A stretch of DNA of 64,000 bases, taken from the NCBI RefSeq assembly GCF_009914755.1, contig NC_060930.1, one strand, 5' to 3'. The notes beneath the pieces are model-generated. The model saw only the letters and a program-made list of their open reading frames with translations, was not told where the DNA came from and ran no database searches. A program made the position numbers and the translations under genes. Within the stretch, counting starts at the first letter, position 1, and every line of letters starts with the position of its first letter. This DNA is from the human T2T-CHM13v2.0 reference genome, Homo sapiens. Of the stretch, positions 25,421-38,950 are shown one piece after another.

Positions 25421-25964
25421 AAATGTGGAAAACGAAATTATGGTACAACAATAGTGCATAACATTGAACACTTATTAAAATAAATTTAGATAAATCTGAC
25501 TTATAGAAAATATATTTATGGTCTACATAAAATATAATTACTACAATATGTCTATATGTGTACATAATCCTAGAAAACTGCTGGTTGCGCTCCCAAGTTA
25601 GCATGCATTTGAGATTTATTTTCTCTTTATAATGTCTCATTTCCTTCTTCTTTGAAAATGAGCATGTGTTTTTCTATATGGTCAGAAAAAAATAAGAATT
25701 AAAAGAAAACATTCTTTCTGACCTTAGCAATGTTCTTAGACCTCAAGTAATTCTGGGCTTTATGATATCAAATGATTTTTTTTTTATTTTATGCTACTTT
25801 TTGCTGTTTCTCTGTAATATGTACTCTTATTGCCATTACTTATATTTGTATGTAAATATGAATTCATTTTGATTCTCCCTGATTAGTCACATGTTTACAC
25901 CTTTCCTTCTTCATCAGAGTTATTTCCAAATAAGTTTTCAGGAATTATATTTATTTATACTTTA

Positions 25965-26770
25965 CTTTTTAAAATAACTTTATGACATACAATTGGCATT
26001 TAATAAGAAATATTTAAAGGGTGAAAATTTACAGGCTTTTGGCCCATGACATCTTTTATATAAATGTGATTATGATTCTACCCATAACCATAAAAGTATC
26101 CTTGTAAGCCCTCTGTGACCTCCTCCCCAACCTCTACTCACTTTCATCCCAGGCAACCACCAATCCACTTTGTTATTCTAGATTAATGTTTTCATTTTCT
26201 CAAATTTTATCTAAATATAATTCTATAAAATACACAATCTGGCTTTTACATTTAGCATAATTATTTTGAGTTTTATCTGTGTTGCCACATATGTCCATAG
26301 TTCATTCCTTTTCATTGATACCTAGTATTGCATAGTATAGATGTACAATAATAGGTTTATCCATTCATGTGTTGATAGTCATTTGGATTGTTTACAGGTT
26401 TGGGCCACAAATAAAAGCGGCTGTGAACATTTATGTACAATTATTTGTATAAACATATGCTTAAATTTCTATTGGTTAAATAACTACAGTGGAATAACTG
26501 CAACATATGGTCACCATCAAACTGTTTTTCTTCAGAGTGGATATATCATTTTACATCTCCACCAGCTGAGTATGAAATTTTTGTTTCCACTATATCCTTG
26601 TCAACACTAGGTATAATCAGTCTTTTTAATTTTAGCTATTCCACTGAGTATGTAATATTATCCCATTGTGATTTTAATGTACATTTTTCTAATGTCAAAT
26701 AATGTTGAGCATATCAAGAAATTAATCTATTCAATTTAAAAAATGGCAAAAAATTTAAACAGACACTTTA
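25965..26770 (-). mobile_element. Old L1 (L1MC/ME-like) 3' region with short inverted 5' piece
   Basis: ccaggcaaccacc, tctggcttttacatttagcataat, catttggattgtttacagg, tgttgagcat. 26714-26770 is in + orientation. Confidence 0.75.
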
Positions 26771-26994
26771 TTACATTTTTATTTCAGAGTCATTCATTCA
26801 CCTTGTATTGTTTCCTCACTTATAAGTAATGGCTGTGTGGTTATATTTTATCCCAACATTTACAAGTTATTTTCCTGAATTGTAGGTGCCTGTCAGAATT
26901 TTATAAGATTTCACTGATTTTTTTATTATTAATTCTATCTTCATCAACACAGCATTGCCTATCACCTTTTAAATACATACCATGCATAAATCCA

Positions 26995-27170
26995 TGAAAA
27001 ATAGCTTACATGTACTATTATTTCTACACCTTCTAACAATTTTGCAAGGCTAATATATTGTTTCCAATACCAAGAAGATAACCAGGGATTAATTTTTTGT
27101 CCAAGGTCACATAGATAGTAAGTGATGATCCTGAGGTTCAAGAGACATTCCAGAACTTACATGATTCCTG
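26995..27170 (-). mobile_element. MIR SINE
   Basis: ttgtccaaggtcacatagatagtaagtg. Confidence 0.65.
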
Positions 27171-27814
27171 CATCATGTTGTTTTGCTCTCAAGGTTAGCA
27201 TCAACTTAATTTCACTTACTGAAGAGAAAGACCTAGTACATTTTGAATATGCCACAATTTTTCCTAAAGTCTTTTAAAGCAACATACCTCTATCATATGA
27301 AAAAGAAAACAGGTAAACATAGCACCGGAAGAGTAACTCAACTGTAAGAAACAAGGTTATAGTGTTAAGACCATTCTTTTCTTATGCATTTGAAGGATGT
27401 CAGTTTCAACTTGAGACCCACAAATTGACACATGCCTCATGACGTGGATTTGAGATCTTTTCATCTTTTCTCGAGAACGTCTTTCTATAAATCAGTGTTT
27501 AATGTACATTCGTAAATCAATATTGCAAAAACATACTAATGATTATGAAGCTTTAAGAAACTGAAAGCTTTCAAATATGTTCATGTATGGCTCACAAAAA
27601 AGAATAGCTATGAATGAACAAGCGTTTTTATAATGACCTTCTCATTATTTCTTAAATTAGTAGTAATTATTTTAGAATGCAGTACCTCTTGTATGCCTTG
27701 CACTCTTGCATGTACTGAAAATTTTCTTGCCTCCATGATAAGGAACTAGCCTCGCTGATATTTAAAAATCAGCTTACTGGCATATTCATGTTAAGACTCA
27801 TATAAAGAGAAATT

Positions 27815-27920
27815 ATATACATATATATACACACACATATATACAAATACATACACATATATATATAGTTTCTCCTTATATGAGTTATATATATATGTAG
27901 TCAATCCATATCCATATATA
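27815..27920. repeat. (TA/CA)n low-complexity tract
   Basis: Directly visible, adjoining the Tigger TA target. Confidence 0.85.
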
Positions 27921-28300
27921 TAGTTGATCCTTGAACAACATGGGTTTGACCTACATTAGGTCCACTTATATGCAGATTTTCTTCCACCTCTGCCACCTCC
28001 GAGACAAGACTAACCCTTCCTCTTCTTTTCCTCCTCAGACAACTTAAGTGATGAAATTGAGGATGAATAGCTTCATGGTGATCTACATCCACTTAACGAA
28101 TACTAATTATATTTTCTCACCTTTATGATTTTTTAAATAACATTCATTTTACTCTAGCTTACTTCATTATAAGAATACAGTACATAGTACATATAACATA
28201 TAAAATATGTGTTCATCGATTGTTTATGTTCTTGGTAAAGCTTCTGGTCAACAGTAGGCTATTGGTAGTTAAGTTTTTGGGGAGTCAAAAGTTATACATT
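27921..28300 (+). mobile_element. Tigger2a (MER28) DNA transposon, right TIR missing
   Basis: TIR (c/t)agttgatccttgaacaacatggg; cctctgccacc; ggtcaacagtaggctatt..gttaagtttttggggagtcaaaagttatac. Confidence 0.9.
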
Positions 28301-28932
28301 CAATTTATAACCCTGGTTGAGTATCATAATCAATACCATGCAAACAACATCTATATATACTCCATATCCTTTTTTTCCTTTTTCTTGTATTATCTATGGT
28401 ATTAACCTATCAAAAACCCAAATCATCCTGTTGCTCTGCAGTATACCAAGGCAGATGAATGTAGGGGCTAGAGAAAAATATGCAGTCTCACTCATAGTTT
28501 GTTCTTTGAATTGATGGCAACAAACCCCAAGTGAGCCTTCATCCCTGTCCATAAATCTTGCTGCATTTCTAGTCAGACATTTTCTTTTTATCTCTCTGGA
28601 TCCATTGTCTATAATTCTCCAAGCTTCTCCCTTTCTTAGGTAACTGAGCTGAAGGGAAGCTTTAGGTTTTGCAAATTTCAGCTTTTGCTGAGAGAGGGAG
28701 TAAGAAATGGAGAATCATTTATCTTCTCTGTATTTGGAGTTTGTATTATTAACCCTCTTAACAAAAACTGGGACTCAGGTGTACCTGCACTTCTTAGGGA
28801 CTTATACCAACATCAAAATTATTTTCACTTTTTCTCTGACTCTTCCCTTTTTAAGTACAGGGAATAATGATGTAGTGTCCAGGGAGTAGAAGAATCACTT
28901 CTCATTCACACTTCCAAACCCATTGCTATGAC

Positions 28933-29042
28933 CTGGGATTTTTCCATCCCACCCCTAAAAGCTGAGCCATTGAGCCTCCTATCAAAACTGGGATTTTTAC
29001 GTCCCACCCCGAAAACCTAAGCCATTGAGTTTCCTGTCAAGA
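28933..29042. repeat. Two-copy 55-bp tandem duplication
   Basis: 46/55 identity by manual alignment. Confidence 0.9.
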
Positions 29043-29151
29043 CATTTGTTGTTTGATTCTACTGTACCATTCAATACAACAGGTTAAACTATCTGAATGG
29101 AAGAAAGCATAGAGATTGCATGAAATGTTAAGGAATTTTAAGAAATGGAAC

Positions 29152-29156
<5 letters not shown>

Positions 29157-29188
<32 letters not shown>
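29157..29188. repeat. (CA)n microsatellite
   Basis: Directly visible. Confidence 0.97.
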
Positions 29189-29190
<2 letters not shown>

Positions 29191-32100
29191 CTGAAGTTTT
29201 CCAGATTAGCCAAAGAACACATAAACTCTCTGTAAATTGATGAGGCTTCCTTAATTGGTAATGAGTTCCCATTACTGGAAATATTAAGGTAAATTAGAGC
29301 AATCATCTCTCCAGTATATTGTCCAGTAAATTAGTGCATTATACAAGAGATTGAAGAGGATGGCCTTCTAGGAAAGATGAATTTTATGGTTCACACAAAC
29401 TGAAGTTTTATGCTTGTGGTGATGAGATTCATAATGTAGAAAAGCACTTCTGTCCAAACTCTTTTCTTAAGATATTTATTTCCCTGACACACTACAACTA
29501 AGAACTCAAGCACGCTCTGGATGATTTAGGTATCTACAGTGAATAGAAGGTTATAGCGATACTCTGATAAAACACTAAATCTCAGCACACTCCTTGAGTT
29601 GTTTTCAGGCCTCAGATAACCATCAGATTTTGGAAGATAATTGTGTAGGAGAGTTTCAGGTATCCCGTGAATCTCAGGAAAAAAGATATTCCTCTTGTAG
29701 ATAGGCCTTAATGACCTACCATTTTGCTCCTATCTCACTATTTATAAAACTCTATTTTACATGATAAAATAGAGTAAAATAGAACATAGATTTTTCTACT
29801 TGTGTGTGTGTCACAGTCACGGTGTTGTTGATGAGACTCTTACCTACAAAATTCATAAACTATAAAACATTTCCCCAATATGAGTATTAATAGCAATACA
29901 TTTAATATTATGAAATATTTTAAATGCTTAACTTAATGATGAGTTTTATTCATTTAGAGTTGAAAATATAAATGTTAGGATTATTCTCTACAAATTGTGA
30001 GAGATTCATTACAGTATTTGAGAGGCACTTAACAGTAATAGTTTTCTATAGAACTGTCACAGAAATGCTATGATCTACCTTTAAAAGCAATAAGTAGAAT
30101 AACTGTGTAGATTGAGGGACACATGTTGGACACATGTTAAGAAGACTTTATAAAATGGTTTGCAAATGGTGAATTTACAACAAATGAAAACTTCTTATAT
30201 GCAAACTTTATGTTACATTTCTTATATTTGAAATCTTCAAAACAAGAGAATTTAAAGAGTCACTGCACATATTACAGGAGTTGCTCTAAAAGATTTTTTT
30301 CAAAATATTAAATAAAATAGAATATTATTGAGACATTGTTTTTACTTAAAATTGTTAAAATTATGAGACATTTTCTAGTACAGTGTTAAAGATAAAACTT
30401 CCCTAGTGTGAATGATATGAGAATAAATTAAAATATTAATACAATTGCACATATTGCCCTTTACTCAGGAGTGTTACATAAAATATCAGCTATTCACCAG
30501 AGAGACTGATGATTTAAAAAATACATTTTGAGGACATAAATATTTTGATTTGTTTATGTTATTAGATTTGGTGTGTTGAGAGATAGTTAATTTTGTTCTT
30601 TACATTAATTTTAATCCCCTGGGGGGAAAATGGTTCATAAAGATTTCTTGGACAGACAAAAATGTTGCTAGTCAGACATCATAGGGTTTGGAGCTATTTT
30701 AAGTCAAAATGAGTTTTTTAATTCTCTAGTGCAGGTAGAATTAATTCATTACTAACCTCACAACAAATTTCAAGGAAACTAGGTCTGCTGTAACTGTTAA
30801 ATTGTGGTAGAATTAGGAAATGTTGAAATGGTCTCATCAAGAAACCATGCATAATGACATTTAGGACATTAACAGAGTCCCCCAAATCTTGTTCAAAAGT
30901 GTCTTTTTCCATCTTCATTTTGCCATTGCATGGCTCATTTGGAACAACCAGCATGTCTGAAGCAGTTTATAACAGTGGCTGAAGAAACCATTCAGCACAC
31001 CTCGTTAACTAGCAATTTTATCTCAAGACCATTCTAACTATTTGATTCCTTATGGTTTATTTTTTTGAATAGAAAAAAATAAATAGTGCAAGTTATAAAC
31101 ATACTTCCTGAGTGTGGGTGGTTTCTTGATGAGTCAACTGATAATATTCATACAGTTTGTCATTTAACAATGGTTGTTGTGTGCATATCTGTGTATAATT
31201 TGCCAGGGTAGCAACAAAATTATCTGAACAATAGTAGTTTGGATGCTTAATGTTATATCTTTGTTGTTAATTCCTTTCTTCTTCCCCTGGAGTTTCATAA
31301 GGTGAACATGGTCAAGTAATTTGGGTTCTAGTCCCTGCTGTATAGTTGGCTCGCTCTACTTGAGTAAACACCAAGACAATGCTGATTCCTACTAACAGAG
31401 GTGTTCATTCCTTTTGAGTGAAATAAGGACTGCCCCTCCTCCCTCTCTCTTTCTGTCACACACACGCACACACGCATGCACTCCTTTTTCCTTCTCCATT
31501 TCCTCTCTCCCAAAAAGGAATCAAACTGAATTTTATTTTCTAATGTTTCTGGTACTTGTCTCTGTCATTCTAAATAATGTGCCTATATGCCACAATTTTA
31601 ATCATTTTTGACAGTGCCTGGTGACTCCCTTGTATGAAGTATAATAAATTGACTCACATGAACCTTCTTTTTTCTCTCCTTAAATTTTTTTAGTTACATT
31701 TTAATTGTCATCCTTATTGGTTTTTCTAACTTTTCTTTGCCTTTTAAACTGCCCACTTTTTAAAATTCTGTATTATAATTTTAATATTTTAATGTTAATA
31801 AAATTTGTATTAACTCTTGAGAATATAAATTTTCTGGATTTTTTTCTAAGAAATGAAAGCCAATAAAGAGTGTTCAATATATAGTGATTGAATTTGTTTA
31901 ATTCTCTGCCTTAAACTACTAACTGTGGAAAAACTTCCTATTCTTTTCAGTGCCTCTATGGAGCCTGGAGACAGCCAGTCCCATGAATTTTTGGTTTATT
32001 GACTAGCTGCTTTTACAGTAAGACACTCACAGCCTGGGGCCTCCACTACAGCAACTCAAACTCCTCAGCACAGGGTGAAATCTACTATTTTCAGTAACCT

Positions 32101-32684
32101 CTTTTCTAAGATAATTGTTATGTTAGCAGTTAGCATAGGTTGAAGCCAGAGTCTGAACCTGAGAAGAGAGCTCACACCCCTACCTACAGCCTCCTGCCAC
32201 CAGCAATGTGTCCCTTAGACACATCTTTCCAATGAAAAACTGAGAAGTTGCCTAGATTTGGCCTTTTTACACATTTTTCTTTTCTTTACATAAGTCCTTT
32301 ATTCAACCTCTACTTTATTATCAGTCAAGTATGCCAATTCACCCAGCCCCATATTTCCATTCATTCACATATTCTCCACATTATTGAAAGTTTACAATAT
32401 AAATCAAAAGAATATCATATTTCTCAGTTTCATTGTGTAATTAAATCTCACGAGTTTTTGTTATACTTTAAGTTTTAATTTATTTTCATGTTATTCATTC
32501 CCTGATGTATTTTTATACATTTAATAACATTCTGCCTGAATTTATTTCAATTTTTGATGCTTAATGTATGATTGGATATTATGTGCTCACCTCATTACTG
32601 AAATATTCTCAATGACAATAATGGTTATGGATAAATTATTTAAACCTTATTACATCCAAAGTATAATTCTTAGTATTTCACATA

Positions 32685-32870
32685 TAGTGACTCATTTAAT
32701 CTTCACAACAACTCTGTGAGGTTGGTCCAATTATGCTTATTTTACAAGTGATGAAACTGAGGCACAGAGAGGAAAAATGACTTGACAAAGATCACCGAAC
32801 TAATAAATGGTGGAGCAGGCAATGGAACACTAAAATCTAGACTCTCAGTCACCCCAATATTCTGTCTGTT
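32685..32870 (-). mobile_element. MIR (MIRb-like)
   Basis: ctcatttaatcttcacaacaactctgtgagg..gaaactgaggcacagagagg..tgacttg. Confidence 0.85.
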
Positions 32871-32959
32871 ATGATATATATTCAAGTCATTACCAACTTT
32901 GTTATGGGGAACAGGCTTTATCATTTAAAATAGTCTCCCTTTTTTATGTTTTCTTATTC

Positions 32960-33640
32960 CCTCTTAAACAGAAAATAAATGGAATTTAAATTCTTGAATG
33001 TTTGAATAATTGAAAGTGTTTTTGTTTATATTTGATGATTTTTCACTTTGGATATCTAGGTAGAATCTATTTTCCTATGAATATTGAGATTGTTTATCCA
33101 CTTGCCTCTCATATTTAATGTGGCTGATGAAAAGTCTGAGGCTAGACTGATTGTCATACCTTCATAGGATAACCTGATTTTCTTTAATCTCAAAGTTTTT
33201 ATAGCTTTTAATTTTCCTAACTTTCTAAAATTCACAAGCCACATGTCAGAATGGAACTGTTTTCATATATCTTGTTGATACCTTAACTCTGAAAACATGT
33301 TTAAGTTCAGCTTATAATTTTTTTCTTCTATTGTATATTTTATTATTTTTCTTCCATTGGTTCTGCTTAACTTTATCTTGCAGACATTTATTCAGTTTTT
33401 TTGGGGAATCATAGTCGTATTTCTCTAGAACTGTTTCTTACTCTCAAATACTTTTTTTTTAATCAACAAACAATGGAAGATACTAATTCTAATTTAATAT
33501 TTTAAAAGTTTTGCTTTCTTTGCAGTAAGTTCTCTTTCTGCAACTTGACTTTTCATGGTATCAGTTCTTCTCAAATGCCTGGTAATTATTATGCATTTGG
33601 TGAGTTTAGTACTAGAATTATGATAGGTAGCTAAGCGTGT
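32960..33640 (-). mobile_element. Old L1 ORF1 region
   Basis: Track ORF 33056-33244 contains ISLASDFSSATLNMRGKW, the L1 ORF1 IRL..DFS.ETL motif. Confidence 0.7.
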
Positions 33641-33936
33641 GTGGGCATTGTGTTTCCACACAGGTTTTTCCCCAGTATTGGAGGATTTACTTACTAAACT
33701 ATCTCTACGGAAAGGTCTTCTTCTTGGCAACACTGATGTTCAGGTAGCATGATGAAAAACATATTCTGGGGCTCATACTAATGCAGAAATAAGAGCTTCT
33801 TTATTGAAAGCCAATAGCCATATCAGATGTTCTACTCCTTCCCAAGCTTGTTTTTTGGACTAGAGTAAACCTGTCCTGAGGTTCAGTCTGCCTGTGGACA
33901 GCGGAAGATAGGAAACAACATAATATCATGTTTTAA

Positions 33937-36381
33937 TATTATGGGATCTTTGAGGTGTTGCTTTTCTGGCTGGAAACCTGTGGCTGGTGGCACCTTTGCC
34001 CGAGTTTTGCTTGGGCCCACTTATTCTGCCCACTTGACCTGGCAGGCTGAATTCACTACTATTGGCCTGGATTCCTTGCCTCTAAAGGAAACTGCGACTC
34101 AGGTGTAGAGTAGAGTGGGGTCTGGCCACTGCATAGTCAGACGTGCCAACTGCTGCCATGAGGTGGGCAGCTCCAGTTGGTGCCATGGGAGCCAGCTCTC
34201 TGTGAGGCTGCAGCTTGACTGGGCGCACTGCAAGCAGCTTCCCCTACTGGCACTGGGGAATGTGGTGGTGCCCAGAAGCTTGGAGATGCCAGGAAGGGCA
34301 GGGCCCCAAACAGGGAGTCACAGCCCTGGCTCCGGGAGCTCCCAGGTCTGGGATCCCTGAAGGGCCACAGCTCTTCACTCCTTCTATTTGCCCACAATGT
34401 GGAAAAGAAGGGGCATGTTTCAGCCCCGTTTGTGCTACAGCTCTTTTCGCCTTGCCATTCAATGGGTCCTGAGTTCTTGTCCTGGAATCAGTAAGAATGA
34501 GGTATGCAGAGAAGTGGAGGGTGAGCAAGATGAAGAGGAGCTTTATTGAGCAACAGAACAGCCCAGAGAAGACCCGCAGTGGGTAGATCCTCTCTATAGT
34601 CAGGGTGTCCTGACGGGTGTTCAGCTCCTAGCAGAGAGGGAACTCCTCTCTGCAGGCAGGTAATCCCAACAAGTGTTCAGTTCAGAGTGTAGATCCTCTC
34701 TACAGCTGGTCATTCGTCTTCAACTCTCGGCAGAGAAGAGGCCCTAGAGTGGGGCCTCCTTTGTCTCTGCAGCTCTCAGAAGAGAAGGTAGCCCCTGTCT
34801 GCAGCTGGTCATCCTGTGCTTTCTCTGTCCTCTACTCTGTTCTGTCTGAGACCCGGGATTTCATGGGCCTCAGTGGGGAGGAAGTGTATGCCAATATGTC
34901 CATGGGCGGCCATAGGCTGACCAGAAAAGCCACCCCAAGTCCCCACTCTGGTCTGAGGGACTGGCAGTCCAGCCCCCAGCCTTCAGGCCCTCCCTTGCCT
35001 GAAGGTGGGGCCTCACTGGGGACCCACCCCCTTCCACCCAGAAGCCTTCTGACTCCTGCCACTGTCCATGGTGCCCAGGCTGCTCACACCATGGGGCAAC
35101 TGCAAGCCAGTACCTAGCAGCCTTCAGCACCCACTTCACCGTCTCCCCCACCTGAGCTTGTTGGTGCCCAAAATCCAGAGGGGGCTGAGGTGGGAGGGGC
35201 TGGCATGTCAGCACTGCCTCAAGCATCCACCCACCTGGCCAGGCCGTGAAGATATCCAAGCTCGGCCCCAACCCTGCTCTGAGACTGGAGGGTGTGTTGG
35301 GAATGGGGAATGGCCACGCAGCAGTAGCTGACACTCCTGAGCCTGTGGGACTAGGGGTCAGGGATGGGGGGGGGTCCTTCCAGAGCCCCTGAAGGCGCAG
35401 ACTGCAGAGAAACCTGGGTCCAGACCCATGGCAGGGCATCTGCAGCTGCACCCAGGAAGCTCCCACCTGACCAACTCAGAAGGGGTGGGGCTTCCGCTCG
35501 TTCCAGGCTTCTGCCTGCTCCGTGGAGTGTGCAGCACCAGCCACATCTCCCCCCAGCCTGGGGCGGGGCCCCAGGTTCTCTCTGGGACCTGGCCTGCATC
35601 TGGGGCAGGGGCAACTTTGCTGCCAGCTCCCCTGTGGCCCTGGTGCTCAGGCAGGCCCAGAGCTTCCTCTTACACAGCCAGCGGCCATGCCTGAGGGGGT
35701 GCCTCCGGGAGTGGATGGCGCCCCGGGCCTAGCTATTGGTAGTGTCAGGCGTGGCGGCTACCTGATGTGGAGCGGACCCCGGGAATGCGGCCCCGGGAGG
35801 CCCTGTGCAGAGACTCCGCCCAAGGCACACAAACCTGGTGCCCTTGGCGGGTTGGGGTTGGGCACAGTGACCATGTGACTGGCTGGGTCCCCAAAGTGGG
35901 CACCTCTCCAACTTCCCAGCCTGGGCCCCCGAGGCATGACCCCAGCTCCATGCCCTGGGCCCAGCTCCGCCTCGGGGCCTCTCTCTGCCCGACCACACTG
36001 CTCTCCGGCTAGAGGGTGACTCGGCCAGGCTCCTTCGTGGCAGCCCCCAGGGCAGTGAGCTCCAGTGACTGTCTGCCTCCTCCCCAAACCTTCTTGCAAT
36101 AGCACTGGGTGAGAGCAGGGATGTGGGCCCAGGGTCCAGAGCAACGGAGGCTCTGGGCCTGGAGGGGGGTGGGGAGGGGTGGGTCCCCTGGCCTCCTGAG
36201 GGTGGCGGCGGTGCAGTCTGCTGCCTCTGGGGATGCAGGGCACAGGGGACATGGGGCACAGGGATCCCCCCAATGCCGCCACTGCTGGTCCTGCTCTTGC
36301 TCCTGCCGCCACCACTTGCACCTCCCCTCTTCAGCCAGTGTGGTGGCAGCGGCTGCTCCCGACAGCCCACCATTCCCATCA
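33937..36381 (-). mobile_element. MER52-family (ERV1) long GC-rich solo LTR
   Basis: Termini t(a)ttatgggatctttgaggtgttgcttttctggc ... cagcggctgctcccgacagcccaccattcccatca. Internal cccagaagcttggagatgccagg, gggtcctgagttcttgtcc. 4-bp TSD ttaa/gtaa. Confidence 0.88.
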
Positions 36382-36799
36382 GTAATATGGAGGGGCAAAT
36401 ATGTGTAAAGGTAGAAGATTTCCACTACTTTTGTGAAACCATCTTTAATTAACTCTCATTATTGTCTCACAGACTGATACTATTGTAGGTATCCCCTAAG
36501 CTAGCCGACCTTCCACTATTTTGCACTCTAATGAACATGTTTTTCTAATCTGTGTCTTTATCCACTTTTGATCATCCCTTGATAGACTAGCAGATTATAG
36601 TGAAAGATGAACTGGCTACCTTCTCATTCTCAGAACTGTAATAGATTTACATCTTTGAATGAGATTTTGTGAGATGGCATAGCTAAAAATGTGCATTAAG
36701 TTTGCAATATCAAGTTGGAAGCTTTGCATAAGTGCTTTTAATTATTGATGCCTATCAGGTTGAGGAAGTCAGAGGTTCATATGTAGGTGACCAAAGTGG

Positions 36800-37547
<748 letters not shown>

Positions 37548-37639
37548 ACTTTCATCTTCTTTAACTTTTTAAAAGTCACAAGACACATGTCAGAATGGAA
37601 GTGTTTCTATATATTTTGTTGAGCCTCATATATTCAGCC

Positions 37640-37945
37640 CTATATCTACACAGACTGAAAAGAATGACTGGGTACTCTCTTCTTTGATTATTTAAACCAC
37701 ATAAGTCCCAGGTTACATATGGGAACTCTCACTCTGACTCTGCCCTCTAACAACAAGAAAAACTACAAGGAAGGAAGGGCCGGGCCTTTTTCTTGCTCTC
37801 TCAAGCCATTTTGGACCATATTGGGAAGGCTGCGTTGCTGTTCCTATAAAGCCTTATTACTTACATAAGCATTACATGTAAACATTTTTATACCCTCTTG
37901 GTGAGAGTGTGACTTCAGCCTTCACATCTGAACCAAATGTCTCAG
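37640..37945 (+). mobile_element. 5'-truncated ERVL LTR (MER74/MER73/MER54-like)
   Basis: ctcaagccattttggacc, ataccctcttggtg, catctgaaccaaa. Confidence 0.5.
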
Positions 37946-38039
37946 TGCTCCGACCTCCTAAAAGGACTCAGTGAAAGAGTATCTTCTTTATTTTAATCTA
38001 TTCTCATTGCTATCATGGTTTCATCCAGTCTCATAATTT

Positions 38040-38178
38040 AAATTTATATATATAATTTATATTATATATATATTATATATATATAATTTTTATATATAAT
38101 TTATATATATTTATATTTATATATAAAAATTACATTATATATATTTATATATAAAATTTACATATATATATATATATT
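38040..38178. repeat. AT-only low-complexity/(TA)n tract
   Basis: Directly visible. Confidence 0.95.
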
Positions 38179-38606
38179 GGTTTCTCCCTTGAGTTCTCAA
38201 TATCTACTTCAGTTACTTACTTGATGTCTCTATCCAGATGTCTAATAGACATCTCATACACAGCATCCAATAGTGAATTTCAAAACCCCCGAAACTCCTC
38301 CTCACACAGTTTTCCCAACTTTGAGTTACTTGGCCCAAAAACCTTGGAATCATTCTTGACTTCTTTCTTTCTTTCAGTTAAACCCCACATCCAGTATGTA
38401 AGCAAATCTTATCTGCTCCACAGTCAAAATGTATACAAAATCTTACACTGTACCTTACACAACTACTACCACCAAGACTATTGTCTAAACGAATGCCATT
38501 TTAAAACCAGAATTAGTAAAATAATCTATAAACTAATATTTCTTCTCCAGCCCTTCCCTGCACTGTCCAAATTCTAAACACAGCAACCAAAGTGATATTA
38601 AAATTA

Positions 38607-38950
<344 letters not shown>

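Noticed and set aside
28933-29042. Possible CRISPR-like or other repeat-spacer array (also 10503-10545, 37030-37097)
   Set aside because: Only two copies each, no series of unique spacers, and eukaryotic context.
30117-30138. ggacacatgtt x2 as a p53 response element
   Set aside because: The half-sites miss RRRCWWGYYY at several positions; a simple 11-bp tandem duplication explains it.
30718-30954. 78-aa minus-strand ORF in non-repeat DNA
   Set aside because: No recognisable homology or convincing splice context; length is within random expectation.
34115-36452. Dense overlapping ORFs up to 216 aa on both strands
   Set aside because: All lie inside the GC-rich MER52-type LTR, where stops are rare. 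They are G/P/A/R-rich with no recognisable domain.
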